From assembly GCA_043816785.1 (NCBI GenBank), contig JBDRHP010000044.1, positions 1-60,492 on the forward strand: DNA of 60,492 nucleotides. Reading direction: 5' to 3'. This document shows positions 41,086-49,927 of this stretch, piece after piece. Source of the DNA: Candidatus Margulisiibacteriota bacterium. GTDB lineage: Bacteria > Margulisbacteria > WOR-1 > O2-12-FULL-45-9. The notes below the pieces were generated by a model, which did no database searches, was not told the DNA's origin, and saw only the letters and a program-made list of their open reading frames with translations. The position numbers were made by a program, and so were the translations under genes. How positions within the stretch are numbered: position 1 is the stretch's first letter; every line of letters starts with the position of its first letter.

Positions 41086-41436
41086 ATGGCTAAAGGAAAA
41101 ATGAGCAAGGAGAAATATCGTCACTATGATGATTTCCGGATGCCCAAGAAAATTGAAGAAGGCGGACTAGTCAAGATTTCCGGAAAATTTTTGCTTGATC
41201 ATGAGAATGAGATCCTTGGCCTGATCAAGCATGAGGGTAGGCTGGCCGAAGAGAAGAACCCTGATCATAAGATCAATAACATTGAAAAAGCCGACGGCAC
41301 CATAACCGTGGCCCTGTCAACACATAATCTGGCTTTGCACATTGGCAAGGCCCTAAGCCATGCTTATAAAGGGCAGCACGCCTATAAGTTCCTTGAAGGC
41401 GAAAAGTATGTTGAGGTTGACTGGAAAAGAGATTAA
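41086..41436 (+). CDS. Uncharacterised 116-aa protein; from memory resembles the C-terminal part of the BCAM0308/NMD3-related bacterial family
   Basis: Clean ORF 7 nt after rpsI. HENEILGLIKHEGRLAEEKNP and LALHIGKALSHAYKGQHAYKF...VEVDWKR resemble that family as I recall it. The N-terminal zinc ribbon is absent. Confidence 0.4.
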   Translation: MAKGKMSKEKYRHYDDFRMPKKIEEGGLVKISGKFLLDHENEILGLIKHEGRLAEEKNPDHKINNIEKADGTITVALSTHNLALHIGKALSHAYKGQHAYKFLEGEKYVEVDWKRD

Positions 41437-41457
41437 GTTTAGAAAGGGGAAACTGCC

Positions 41458-42618
41458 ATGCCAGATAAAAAACCACTTAAACAATTATTAATGATCCCGG
41501 GACCTACGCCGATCCCCACCCGTATTTTAGCGGCGATGAACCATGAAATGATCGGGCATCGCGGACCGGTGTTTTCTAAAATATTAGCTGAGGTGATCGA
41601 CGGGCTTAAATGGGCTTATCAAACTAAAAATGATGTTATGGTTTTTCCTTGTTCCGGTACCGGGGGAATGGAAACAGCCGTGGTCAATACCCTATCTGCC
41701 GGTGATAAGTCTCTGCATGTTAATATAGGCAACTTCGGGGCGCGCTGGATAAAGATCGCCAAGGCCTATGGGGTTGAGGCTATTGATCTTAAGGTTGAGA
41801 TGGGCAAGGCTTGTGATCCAAAGGTCTTGGCAGCGGAGCTGGCTAAAGATACGAAGAAAGAAATTAAAGCTGTGTTTATGCAGCAAAATGAGACTTCAAC
41901 CGGCGTAATCAATGATGTTAAAGCATTAGCGGCAACAGTCAGGCAGAGTCACCCGGATGTCTTGATCCTGGTTGATGCGGTTTCTGGTCTATTAGCCCAG
42001 GATCTAAGAACGGATGAATGGGACCTGGACGTTGTTGTTTCCGGTTCCCAAAAAGCCTTTATGGTTCCACCAGGCATTGCGGCAGTTTCCATGTCTCCGC
42101 GGGCCTGGAAGGCGTATGAAAATTCTAAATTGCCCAAGCATTACTGGGACATCAAAACCCAGAAGAAGTTTGCTGATAAGGGGCAAACTTATACAACGCC
42201 ACCAGAATCGATCATCTTTGGCATGCACGAAGCGATTAAAATGATCAGAGAAGAAGGTTTAGAGAACATCTTTGCGCGCCACGCCAACAATAAAGACATT
42301 GTTCGTAATGCTTTTAAAGCTATTGGCTGCAAATTGTTGGCTGAGGATGCTTGTGCTTCCCCGGCTGTTACTGCGATCTTTCCGCCTGACGGGGTAGATG
42401 CAGAAAAGGTCCGCTCTGAGATCAGAAACCATTTTGGGGTAGAGCTTGCCCCTGGACAAGGGGATCTCAAAGGCAAATTATTCCGCATTGGACACTTAGG
42501 CTACGTTGATAAGCTTGACCTGATCGCTGCAATTGCCGCCATCGAGCTATTATTTGAAAAGCTTGGAGCCAAAATCGAGATCGGCAAGGGTGTTAAAGCG
42601 GCGTTAGAAACCATTTGA
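41458..42618 (+). CDS. Class-V PLP aminotransferase (serine-glyoxylate/alanine-glyoxylate or phosphoserine aminotransferase type)
   Basis: SGSQKAFMVPPG contains the PLP-lysine context. The length and N-terminus (LLMIPGPTPIP) are typical of class V. Confidence 0.8.
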   Translation: MPDKKPLKQLLMIPGPTPIPTRILAAMNHEMIGHRGPVFSKILAEVIDGLKWAYQTKNDVMVFPCSGTGGMETAVVNTLSAGDKSLHVNIGNFGARWIKIAKAYGVEAIDLKVEMGKACDPKVLAAELAKDTKKEIKAVFMQQNETSTGVINDVKALAATVRQSHPDVLILVDAVSGLLAQDLRTDEWDLDVVVSGSQKAFMVPPGIAAVSMSPRAWKAYENSKLPKHYWDIKTQKKFADKGQTYTTPPESIIFGMHEAIKMIREEGLENIFARHANNKDIVRNAFKAIGCKLLAEDACASPAVTAIFPPDGVDAEKVRSEIRNHFGVELAPGQGDLKGKLFRIGHLGYVDKLDLIAAIAAIELLFEKLGAKIEIGKGVKAALETI

Positions 42619-42627
42619 TCTTTTCTT

Positions 42628-43389
42628 GTGCGTAAGATAAAGCTGATCCTAACCTACGAGGGGGCCCACTTCTCTGGCTATGAGCTCCAGCCTGGTAAAA
42701 AGACCATCCGCGGCGAGCTTGAAAACGCCCTTCATAAGCTCTTTAAAACCCCGCTCAAGACCATTAGCGCTTCTCGGACTGATGCCGGGGTCCATGCTTT
42801 AGCCCAGGTTGTTGGTTTTCAACTGAATAATTCTATTCCAACCCCAAAAATTGCCAGTGCCTTGAATAGCTGTTTGCCAGACGGCATAAAGGTTGTTAAG
42901 GCAGAAGAAGTGGGGGAGGATTTCCACGCGCGCTATGGGGCCAAGAGTAAAGAGTATGAGTATTTGATCTATAATGGCGACATTATGCCTCCTTTTTATG
43001 AAAAGCTGGCCTGGCAGATGAAATATAAGCTGGATCTGGTGGCTATGCGAAAGGCAGCCAAGATCCTTAAAGGCAAGCATGATTTTAAATCTTTTTGCGC
43101 TTCAAGATCAGATGACAAGGATTTTGTTAGAACCATGTACCTGATATCGATCCGCAAGCGAAAGATCAGGATCTGGAATGGCCAGGACGTTTCCGTGATC
43201 AGTATTAGGGTCAAAGGCAACGGATTTTTGTATAAAATGGTCAGAAATATGGTGGGCACACTGGCTGAGGTGGGATTGGGCAGAACCAGTTTAAAGGATG
43301 TCAGGCAAATCCTCAGCGGCAAAGACCGCAAATTAGCTGGAAGAACGGCGCCTGCGGATGGGCTTTGTTTGCTCAAGGTCAATTACTAA
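42628..43389 (+). CDS. truA: tRNA pseudouridine(38-40) synthase
   Basis: GTG start. Catalytic RTDAGVHA motif and GNGFLYKMVRNMVG. Confidence 0.9.
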   Translation: MRKIKLILTYEGAHFSGYELQPGKKTIRGELENALHKLFKTPLKTISASRTDAGVHALAQVVGFQLNNSIPTPKIASALNSCLPDGIKVVKAEEVGEDFHARYGAKSKEYEYLIYNGDIMPPFYEKLAWQMKYKLDLVAMRKAAKILKGKHDFKSFCASRSDDKDFVRTMYLISIRKRKIRIWNGQDVSVISIRVKGNGFLYKMVRNMVGTLAEVGLGRTSLKDVRQILSGKDRKLAGRTAPADGLCLLKVNY

Positions 43390-43399
43390 TGCTGCTATC

Positions 43400-43428
43400 T
43401 TCCACAGCACTACTTTTGATGATATAAT
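43400..43428 (+). promoter_or_regulatory. Candidate serA promoter (TTCCAC-17 nt-TGaTATAAT)
   Basis: TATAAT at 43423-43428 with TG at 43420-43421 and a weak -35 box at 43400-43405. AGGGAGG follows at 43441-43447, then ATG at 43455. Confidence 0.45.
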
Positions 43429-43454
43429 CAATAGTTTGAAAGGGAGGATTTGAT

Positions 43455-45035
43455 ATGAAAGTATTAGCGTCTGATAAAATAGCCGAAATCGGCTTAAAAA
43501 TGTTAAAGGATGCCGGGATCGAGGCAGAGATGAATACTGGTTTATCTGAGGATGAACTGGTTAAAATCATTCCTCAGTACGATGCCTTAGTTGTCCGCTC
43601 TGGCACTAAAGTTACCCCAAAAATTATCGAAGCCGGTAAAAACTTAAAGATCATTGGCCGGGCAGGGGTTGGTGTTGATAATGTTGACCTGCCGACCGCG
43701 ACTAAAAACGGGGTCATTGTTGTTAATTCGCCAGAAGGTAATACAGTGGCGGCTGCTGAGCATACCTGGGCTATGTTATTGACCATGGCCCGCCAGATCC
43801 CTCAGGCTTACAGTAAATTAAAGGCTGGTATCTGGGACAGAAAGTCCTTTAAGGGTGTTGAAGTTCTTAATAAAACACTTGGTGTGGTCGGTTTAGGCAA
43901 GATCGGCCGCCGGGTTGCTTCCTATGCTTTGGGCATGGGCATGAAAGTCATTGCTTATGATCCCTTTGTAACCGAAGATTATGCCAAGAGCCTGGGGATC
44001 GAGCTTAAGAAATTCGATGGCATTATCAAAGAGTCGGACTTTATCACCTTCCATATTCCCAAGACCAAAGAAACCGCTAACATGATCAATAAAGAGACCA
44101 TTGCTAAGATGAAAAAGGACGTTCGCCTGGTCAATGTGGCCCGGGGAGGAATTATTAATGAACTGGATCTGGCAGAAGCCTTGAAAAGCGGCCAGGTCGC
44201 GGCGGCCGCCTTGGACGTCTTTGAAAAAGAACCATTGCCGGCTGACAGCCCGTTGCTCAAATTAGATAATGTCATCGTTACGCCCCACCTTGGCGCTTCA
44301 ACGGTTGAGGCTCAGGTCAATGTGGCTATTGATGTGGTGGAGCAGATCATAGAAGTCCTAAAGGGAGGAGCAGCCCGTTCAGCAGTTAATATCCCTTCAA
44401 TGAAACCGGAACTGATCGCTCCGGTCAAACCATATATGTCCATTGCTGAGAAATTAGGCGCTTTAGCCGCGCAGATCGTGCCTGGCGCTGTGTCCAAGAT
44501 CACTGTTGAGTATTCCGGTGAAGTAGCTGAGTTCGACGTTTCACCTCTGACCACGACCGTGCTTAAAGGCCTGCTGGCGCCAATGATGGATGTGGTAGTG
44601 AACTTTGTTAATGCGCCTTTTATTGCCAAAGAACGAGGCATTGAACTGACCGAAAGCAAGAGCAAGGAAGCTAAGGATTTTGCCAGCCTGATCTCGGTCA
44701 AGATCAAATCCTCAAAAGGTGACCGCGAAGTTGGCGGCACGGTCTTTATTGGGGTGGGCGACAGATTGGTCTCGATCGATGGTTTTCGTGTTGACGCAGA
44801 GCCCGAAGGTTATCTGTTGATCTTAAGCAATATTGATAAGCCAGGCATGATCGGCAAGGTCGGCACCTTCCTGGGTGAGCATAAGATCAATATCGCTTCA
44901 ATGGATGTGGGTCGGATAAAGGTCGGCGAAAGAGCCGTTATGGTCCTAAACGTGGATAACGCTGTCCCGGACAAGGTCCTCAAAGAAATAGCCAAGATTG
45001 ACGGCATCTCTGACGCGACCCAAGTCAAGTTGTAG
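43455..45035 (+). CDS. serA: D-3-phosphoglycerate dehydrogenase (long form with ACT domain)
   Basis: GVVGLGKIGRRVA NAD site, the 2-hydroxyacid dehydrogenase core and a C-terminal ACT-like region. Confidence 0.93.
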   Translation: MKVLASDKIAEIGLKMLKDAGIEAEMNTGLSEDELVKIIPQYDALVVRSGTKVTPKIIEAGKNLKIIGRAGVGVDNVDLPTATKNGVIVVNSPEGNTVAAAEHTWAMLLTMARQIPQAYSKLKAGIWDRKSFKGVEVLNKTLGVVGLGKIGRRVASYALGMGMKVIAYDPFVTEDYAKSLGIELKKFDGIIKESDFITFHIPKTKETANMINKETIAKMKKDVRLVNVARGGIINELDLAEALKSGQVAAAALDVFEKEPLPADSPLLKLDNVIVTPHLGASTVEAQVNVAIDVVEQIIEVLKGGAARSAVNIPSMKPELIAPVKPYMSIAEKLGALAAQIVPGAVSKITVEYSGEVAEFDVSPLTTTVLKGLLAPMMDVVVNFVNAPFIAKERGIELTESKSKEAKDFASLISVKIKSSKGDREVGGTVFIGVGDRLVSIDGFRVDAEPEGYLLILSNIDKPGMIGKVGTFLGEHKINIASMDVGRIKVGERAVMVLNVDNAVPDKVLKEIAKIDGISDATQVKL

Positions 45036-45041
45036 GCCTAT

Positions 45042-45248
45042 TTAATCAAAGCAAAGAGTTGTTTTTGCTTTGTCCACTGAATATGGGACGTCAGTAAACG
45101 CAATGTATCCTTCGTAGTGGAGTTTTTCTTTTAAAGCTATATCTTTCCCTAAGTCGTCAAGTTTCTTCCGGTCTTCGGCTAAGCTGAGGTTGATGGTTTC
45201 GGGGACTTCGGCAATTACGGAACATTCATTTGTCTGCATTGGAATCAT
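45042..45248 (-). CDS. Hypothetical 68-aa protein downstream of the EF-G paralog
   Basis: The ATG at 45248 is preceded by AAGGAGG. The ORF-track start at 45293 overlaps the fusA-like gene. I recognise no family. Confidence 0.4.
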   Translation of the reverse strand: MIPMQTNECSVIAEVPETINLSLAEDRKKLDDLGKDIALKEKLHYEGYIAFTDVPYSVDKAKTTLCFD

Positions 45249-45276
45249 TACCTCCTTTGCAAATTGGCACCGGTCA

Positions 45277-47301
45277 TTATTGTCGTTCAACACCTCCTGC
45301 CTCTTTTAATTTTTTGTAAGCCTCAACGAGTTTTTGCTGGGTTTGCGGCGGCACCGGTTCATAATGTGAGAACTTGGTGCTAAAGGTCCCTTGGCCGTGG
45401 GTAAAGGAGCGCAGGTCAGTGGCGTATTTGGATATTTCGCCCTGCGGCACGGCGGCGATGACCTTGTCTGCTTCAATGTTTGCGATCCTGCCTCGTCTTT
45501 TATTTAAGTCTCCGGTCACTTCACCGACAAATTCAGGCGGGACGCTGACCGTGATCTCAACGATCGGCTCCAGCAGGATCGGTTTAGCCTCCTGAAAGAT
45601 CTTTTTAAACCCCATGGAGGCGGCGATCTTAAAGGCCATATCAGACGAATCGACCTCATGGTAGGAGCCGTCAAATAGCGTGATCTTAAGGTCTACCACG
45701 GGATAGCCCGCGATAACCCCCGAGCCCATGGCTTCCCTAACCCCTTTTTCAACGGCGGGAATATAATTTCTGGGAATTGCTCCGCCAACGACCTTATTGA
45801 CGAACTCAAAAGCTTTACCGCGGGGCAGGGGCTCGATCTCCAGCCAGGTATCGCCGTACTGACCGCGTCCGCCGGTTTGCTTTTTATACTTGCCCTGACC
45901 TTTGGCCTTGCCCAAAATAGTTTCTTTGTAAGGTATCCGGGGCTCGCCGATCTCGATATCAATATTGTATCTTTCTTTTATTTTCTTTAAGATCACTTCC
46001 AGATGAACATCGCCCATGCCGGAGATGACTGTTTCTTTGGTCTCCGCGTTATAGCTCATTTTAAAAGTTGGGTCTTCATGGGTAAAATTGCTCAGCCCCA
46101 GCGCCATTTTTTCCTGGTCGGCTTTGCTTTTTGGTCTCACGGCAAAGGACATGGCTGGTTCAGGATAGGTGGTTGGCTCAAAAATGATTGCCTTGTTTTT
46201 GTCGCAAAGCGTATCCCCTGTGCCGGTTATTTTTAGTTTTGGCAAGACGGCAATGTCCCCGGCGGTGAGCTGCGGCAGATCAACCTTGGTTTTGCCCCGC
46301 ATGGTGATGATCTGGCCAATCCGTTCGTCTTTGCCTTTGGTAGCATTAAGGACCGGAGAGGAGGGCATAATTGTGCCGGAATATACTCGAATATAGGTCA
46401 AATTACCGATGTGGGCCTCGCTGACGGTCTTGAAAACGTAAGCAGAAAAAGGTTCCTTAGCGTCAGGCTTTACTTTTATATTATCTTTGGCCGGGATCTC
46501 TTTTTCATTAGCTGGAGGCATCCAGGAAACCAGGGCGTCCAGGATATCTTCAGTCCCAATATTCTTAGTTGCTGAAGCGCAAAAGACTGGGAAGATCTTG
46601 TCGTGGTCCAGTGCGGTGATCAAATGTTCCTTTAGTTCCTCTTCAGTGATCTCTTTGTTTTCCAGGTATTCAGTCAGGATGGTTTCATCTATCTCAGCCA
46701 CACCCTCGATCAGCATTTCCTTATGAATGGCAACGGTCTCTTTTAATTCTTCCGGGACTTCATGTTTGAGCAAACTGAAGTCACCTTTAAAATCATCTCC
46801 CTGGCCAATAGGCACTTCGACTGGCACGACCTCTTTGCTGAACTTGGCTCTTAGTTTTTCCATGGTGCCGTCAAAGTCAGCCTGTGACTTGTCCATTTTG
46901 TTGATCACGATAATCCGGGGCAGATCTAATTTGTCAGCGATCTTCCAGAGATTTTCCAGGGCTGCGCCGTGACCAGTGACTGCGTCAATCACGATGATCA
47001 GGCAGTCAACGACCCGCATGGCGGAGGTCGTGTCACCGATAAAATCAATAAAACCAGGAGTATCGATCAGGTTGATCTTGCAGTCTTTCCATTCAAATGG
47101 CAGCAGGGTGGAGTGGATGCTGATATTGCGTTTGATCTCTTCGGGATCATAGTCAGAGGTGGTGGTGCCTTCGATCACTGCACCCTGGCGTTGAATCGCG
47201 CCGGCTTTAAAGAGCAAGGCTTCTGCGAGCGAGGTTTTTCCTGACGAGCCGGAACCGATAATAGCAACGTTGCGGATCTTATCAGGCGGGTACTCTTTCA
47301 T
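45277..47301 (-). CDS. Elongation factor G paralog (EF-G2-like translational GTPase)
   Basis: GSGSSGKTS P-loop, DTPGFIDF and NKMD. Full five-domain length (674 aa). The C-terminal half is co-linear with fusA (GELHLE/GDVHLE, GGRGQYG, FDGSYH). Confidence 0.85.
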   Translation of the reverse strand: MKEYPPDKIRNVAIIGSGSSGKTSLAEALLFKAGAIQRQGAVIEGTTTSDYDPEEIKRNISIHSTLLPFEWKDCKINLIDTPGFIDFIGDTTSAMRVVDCLIIVIDAVTGHGAALENLWKIADKLDLPRIIVINKMDKSQADFDGTMEKLRAKFSKEVVPVEVPIGQGDDFKGDFSLLKHEVPEELKETVAIHKEMLIEGVAEIDETILTEYLENKEITEEELKEHLITALDHDKIFPVFCASATKNIGTEDILDALVSWMPPANEKEIPAKDNIKVKPDAKEPFSAYVFKTVSEAHIGNLTYIRVYSGTIMPSSPVLNATKGKDERIGQIITMRGKTKVDLPQLTAGDIAVLPKLKITGTGDTLCDKNKAIIFEPTTYPEPAMSFAVRPKSKADQEKMALGLSNFTHEDPTFKMSYNAETKETVISGMGDVHLEVILKKIKERYNIDIEIGEPRIPYKETILGKAKGQGKYKKQTGGRGQYGDTWLEIEPLPRGKAFEFVNKVVGGAIPRNYIPAVEKGVREAMGSGVIAGYPVVDLKITLFDGSYHEVDSSDMAFKIAASMGFKKIFQEAKPILLEPIVEITVSVPPEFVGEVTGDLNKRRGRIANIEADKVIAAVPQGEISKYATDLRSFTHGQGTFSTKFSHYEPVPPQTQQKLVEAYKKLKEAGGVERQ

Positions 47302-47309
47302 ACGGGGTC

Positions 47310-47338
47310 ATTATAGCAAAATGGATTTTTGGTTGCAA
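47310..47338 (-). promoter_or_regulatory. Promoter of the EF-G paralog (TTGCAA-17 nt-TGcTATAAT on minus strand)
   Basis: On the minus strand the -35 box is at 47338-47333 and the -10 box TATAAT at 47315-47310. Then GACCCCGT and the ATG at 47301, with no Shine-Dalgarno. Confidence 0.6.
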
Positions 47339-47375
47339 TAGTTTATCATTTAAAAAGGTTAGCCGAAAGAGCAAA

Positions 47376-48575
47376 TTAACTGATTTCTTTTCTTTGTTGC
47401 GGTAAACTTTCCAAAACTGTCCGGACAGCATCGGCGTCCTCGGCTTCGGGTTCAAGTTCAAGATATCTTTCAAAAGATATTCTGGCTTCATCAGTCCTTC
47501 CTAATTCCATAAGAACCACGCCGCTATTTTTCCAGAACAAGCCTTCGTTGGGATCAATTTCAATGGCTTGATTAAAACACGCCAGAGCTTCTTCATTGTT
47601 CCCTATTTGGTGTAGCAATGCTCCTTTTTCATTCCAGGCTATGGCATAGTCGGGTCTAATTTCAAGGGCTCTATCCAGACATTCGAGTCCTTCAGCAAAT
47701 CTATCTTGGTCAATATGCCTTGAGCCTTCATTAAAATGGTGTGCGGCAATCACTTCTCTGTCAGTGTTAGGCGGGCTGTCCGTTCTTGCAAAGTCTAGCT
47801 TTGCCGGATCCAGTCTATATGTTTGCCCGTCTAAATTAGCAATTACATAGGCATGTCCAGGATCTTCTTTAACATAGGCTTCAATTCCAGCAGTTCGAAG
47901 AAAACAAACCAGGAGTTGGCTGTATTCAAGACAGTTAGCTATCCTCTCGCTTCCAGGTGTTTCCAGGATTTCCTGGGGCAAAAGGTTTCCGCGGCCTAAT
48001 CTAGCCGGGGAATAGGAATTTGAGTCAAAGTGAATGTTAAGCCCTTCTTCGAGACCATAGTCATAGTATTCTTCTCCATCGAATTCAAAAGGCTGATCTG
48101 ATGGTATTAAGTACATAAACAAAAGGAGGGCTTTGTCTAACTGAGTTTCAGGTGTATAACTTTCAAATAAGGATGAGACATGGTCTTCCATGGCTTGTGT
48201 TATTTGAAAGGGATCTTCCAATCCAGCCTCGCGCAGTTCTTCTATAACATCTGCGTATTGTTCTCTATGTTCAAAAATTTCTTCAAGTAATTCGTCAGTT
48301 TCAATTTCCCCGTTGATTTGCCCGCCTGTGTTCCCATCGACTCTTTGGATAAATTCATCAGCTTCATCTATTGTTCCGTCATTATTAAGATCAGTGTCCA
48401 CCACAGTTTCATAGGTTAATTGGACCTGATCTATTATGTCTGGATCGGAACCCTCAAGGCTTTCTTGACGATCAGATGTAGGTTGCCTATCAGGGGGTAG
48501 GACTCGTGAAAATCGCGTGTTAAGCACTGAACTTATTTCTGTCACTGGCGCTATCACCTCCTCTTTAGTCGCCAA
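47376..48575 (-). CDS. EF-hand-like / transglutaminase-like cysteine protease core / TPR protein (paralog A)
   Basis: DLNNDGTIDEADEF loop. Cys-His-Asp context NCLEYSQLL...PGHAYV...RLDPA. C-terminal TPR repeats (AIAWNEKGALLHQIGNNEEALACFNQAIEIDP). The start is TTG 48575 or GTG 48545 after GAGGAGGTGAT. Confidence 0.6.
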   Translation of the reverse strand: MATKEEVIAPVTEISSVLNTRFSRVLPPDRQPTSDRQESLEGSDPDIIDQVQLTYETVVDTDLNNDGTIDEADEFIQRVDGNTGGQINGEIETDELLEEIFEHREQYADVIEELREAGLEDPFQITQAMEDHVSSLFESYTPETQLDKALLLFMYLIPSDQPFEFDGEEYYDYGLEEGLNIHFDSNSYSPARLGRGNLLPQEILETPGSERIANCLEYSQLLVCFLRTAGIEAYVKEDPGHAYVIANLDGQTYRLDPAKLDFARTDSPPNTDREVIAAHHFNEGSRHIDQDRFAEGLECLDRALEIRPDYAIAWNEKGALLHQIGNNEEALACFNQAIEIDPNEGLFWKNSGVVLMELGRTDEARISFERYLELEPEAEDADAVRTVLESLPQQRKEIS

Positions 48576-48581
48576 CCGCCA

Positions 48582-49823
48582 TTAATTGCCGCCAATGGTG
48601 ATATAAGGGCTGGGATTGTTTTGTTCATTTATCCAGTTGACCCTAAAATAAAAACCAGCTGCTACATCCCTATTGCCTAGGGCTTCATGGACTTCTCCTA
48701 ATGATTGTAGAATGCTGGGATTATCTCCTTGGAGATCATTGGCTCTTTGCAAATAGTCAAGGGCGGTTGCGTTATTGCCCTGGGCTCTATATATGTTGCT
48801 GATTCCCAGCCAGGCGTTTGCATTAAGGGGATTAAGCTCAAGAGCATTGTGATAATTATTTAAAGCTTCTCCCGTTAAAATATCCGCAGATCCGGGTGAA
48901 CTACCAAGACTCTCTGCCTGTTCTCGAAAAATACTGGCTTCGTGCGACTGGTGGGCGGACATGGCTGCTACGTCGCTTACGTGATTCCCGTTAATTATGG
49001 AAAAAGTATTTCCGGGTTGTGCCCCATCTATGCGGTAATTAACTCCTTCCAGCGAGGCATTTACATAGGCGTGGCTGGGTGCCAGGACTACGTTGGCTTT
49101 GATCCCTGCGGCGCGCAGCAGTCCGGAAAGCAAATGAGTAAATTCATGGCACTGGGCATATCTGTCTGGTTGATCTTCCGCTGGTGATAGTGGGTCTGGC
49201 CAGATTCCGACAACTTCTTCAGGGAGCAGGTTGCCGGAGGTGATCCTGGAATCAGCAAACGAACTGTTATCGTAGGAAATATTTAAACCACCTTCGGCCA
49301 GTGAAAACCCTTCGTAGGTTGCGTTTCCAACAGTAAAAGATTGGCCTTCAGCAATGACCGCGCGATAAATAATAATTGCTCTTTCCAGGGCAGTTAGATT
49401 TTCGCTGTTTCCGCCCGAGTGTCGATCCAGCAAGCCATCAACGTAGTCATACATTTCTTCGGTAACCTGTAGCGGATTTTCAAAACCATTGGTAGCTAAG
49501 TCTGCAATGAGCTGGGGGAAGTTATCCGCGTGGCTGTATATTTCATCGATCAGTTCCCCGGCTTCAGCCTGTCCGTTAGTATTTCCGCCAGCATTGCCGT
49601 CAATCAGCCCAATGAAATTGTCAGCTTCATCCTGATCGACCGTGCCGTCGCGGTTTTCATCAAGATATGCTGTGACTTCCTGTAGCGCGCCGGGAGACAG
49701 CTGGATCCGATCAGTATATTCTGGGTCAACAGCTACCCCTTCCGTGGCTACGTTTGGCGAGGTGCCTTGCTGCGAGGTAGGTATGTGAAAGCTATTATAA
49801 AGTGTTGTTACGACTCCGCCCAC
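48582..49823 (-). CDS. EF-hand-like / transglutaminase-like cysteine protease core / TPR protein (paralog B)
   Basis: GTG start after AAGGAGG. DENRDGTVDQDEADNF loop. QCHEFTHLL...PSHAYV...RIDGA. C-terminal TPR repeats (ANAWLGISNIYRAQGNNATALDYLQRANDL). Co-linear with paralog A. Confidence 0.6.
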   Translation of the reverse strand: MGGVVTTLYNSFHIPTSQQGTSPNVATEGVAVDPEYTDRIQLSPGALQEVTAYLDENRDGTVDQDEADNFIGLIDGNAGGNTNGQAEAGELIDEIYSHADNFPQLIADLATNGFENPLQVTEEMYDYVDGLLDRHSGGNSENLTALERAIIIYRAVIAEGQSFTVGNATYEGFSLAEGGLNISYDNSSFADSRITSGNLLPEEVVGIWPDPLSPAEDQPDRYAQCHEFTHLLSGLLRAAGIKANVVLAPSHAYVNASLEGVNYRIDGAQPGNTFSIINGNHVSDVAAMSAHQSHEASIFREQAESLGSSPGSADILTGEALNNYHNALELNPLNANAWLGISNIYRAQGNNATALDYLQRANDLQGDNPSILQSLGEVHEALGNRDVAAGFYFRVNWINEQNNPSPYITIGGN

Positions 49824-49892
49824 TGGGATCCTCCTTGGGATTCTCTACTATATTTATCGTGTTTTACAGCTGAAAACTTGCATATTTTGGTG

Positions 49893-49921
49893 TTGCAGGG
49901 GCCTTGTTTGTTTGCTATCAT
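49893..49921 (+). promoter_or_regulatory. Candidate promoter of the patatin gene (TTGCAG-17 nt-TGcTATCAT)
   Basis: TTGCAG at 49893-49898 and TATCAT at 49916-49921 with TG at 49913-49914. The ATG at 49928 is 6 nt after the -10 box. Confidence 0.45.
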
Positions 49922-49927
49922 AATGTT

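Noticed and set aside
45047-45072. Hairpin CAAAGCAAA-8 nt-TTTGCTTTG just after serA, as an intrinsic terminator.
   Set aside because: No U-tract follows on the plus strand, and it lies inside the C-terminal coding region of the small minus-strand ORF. At best it is a weak, unproven terminator.
47302-47375. Possible terminator hairpin after paralog A (AGTTA...TAACC followed by a T run on the minus strand).
   Set aside because: The stem is only 4-5 bp and there is no GC clamp, so it is too weak to call.
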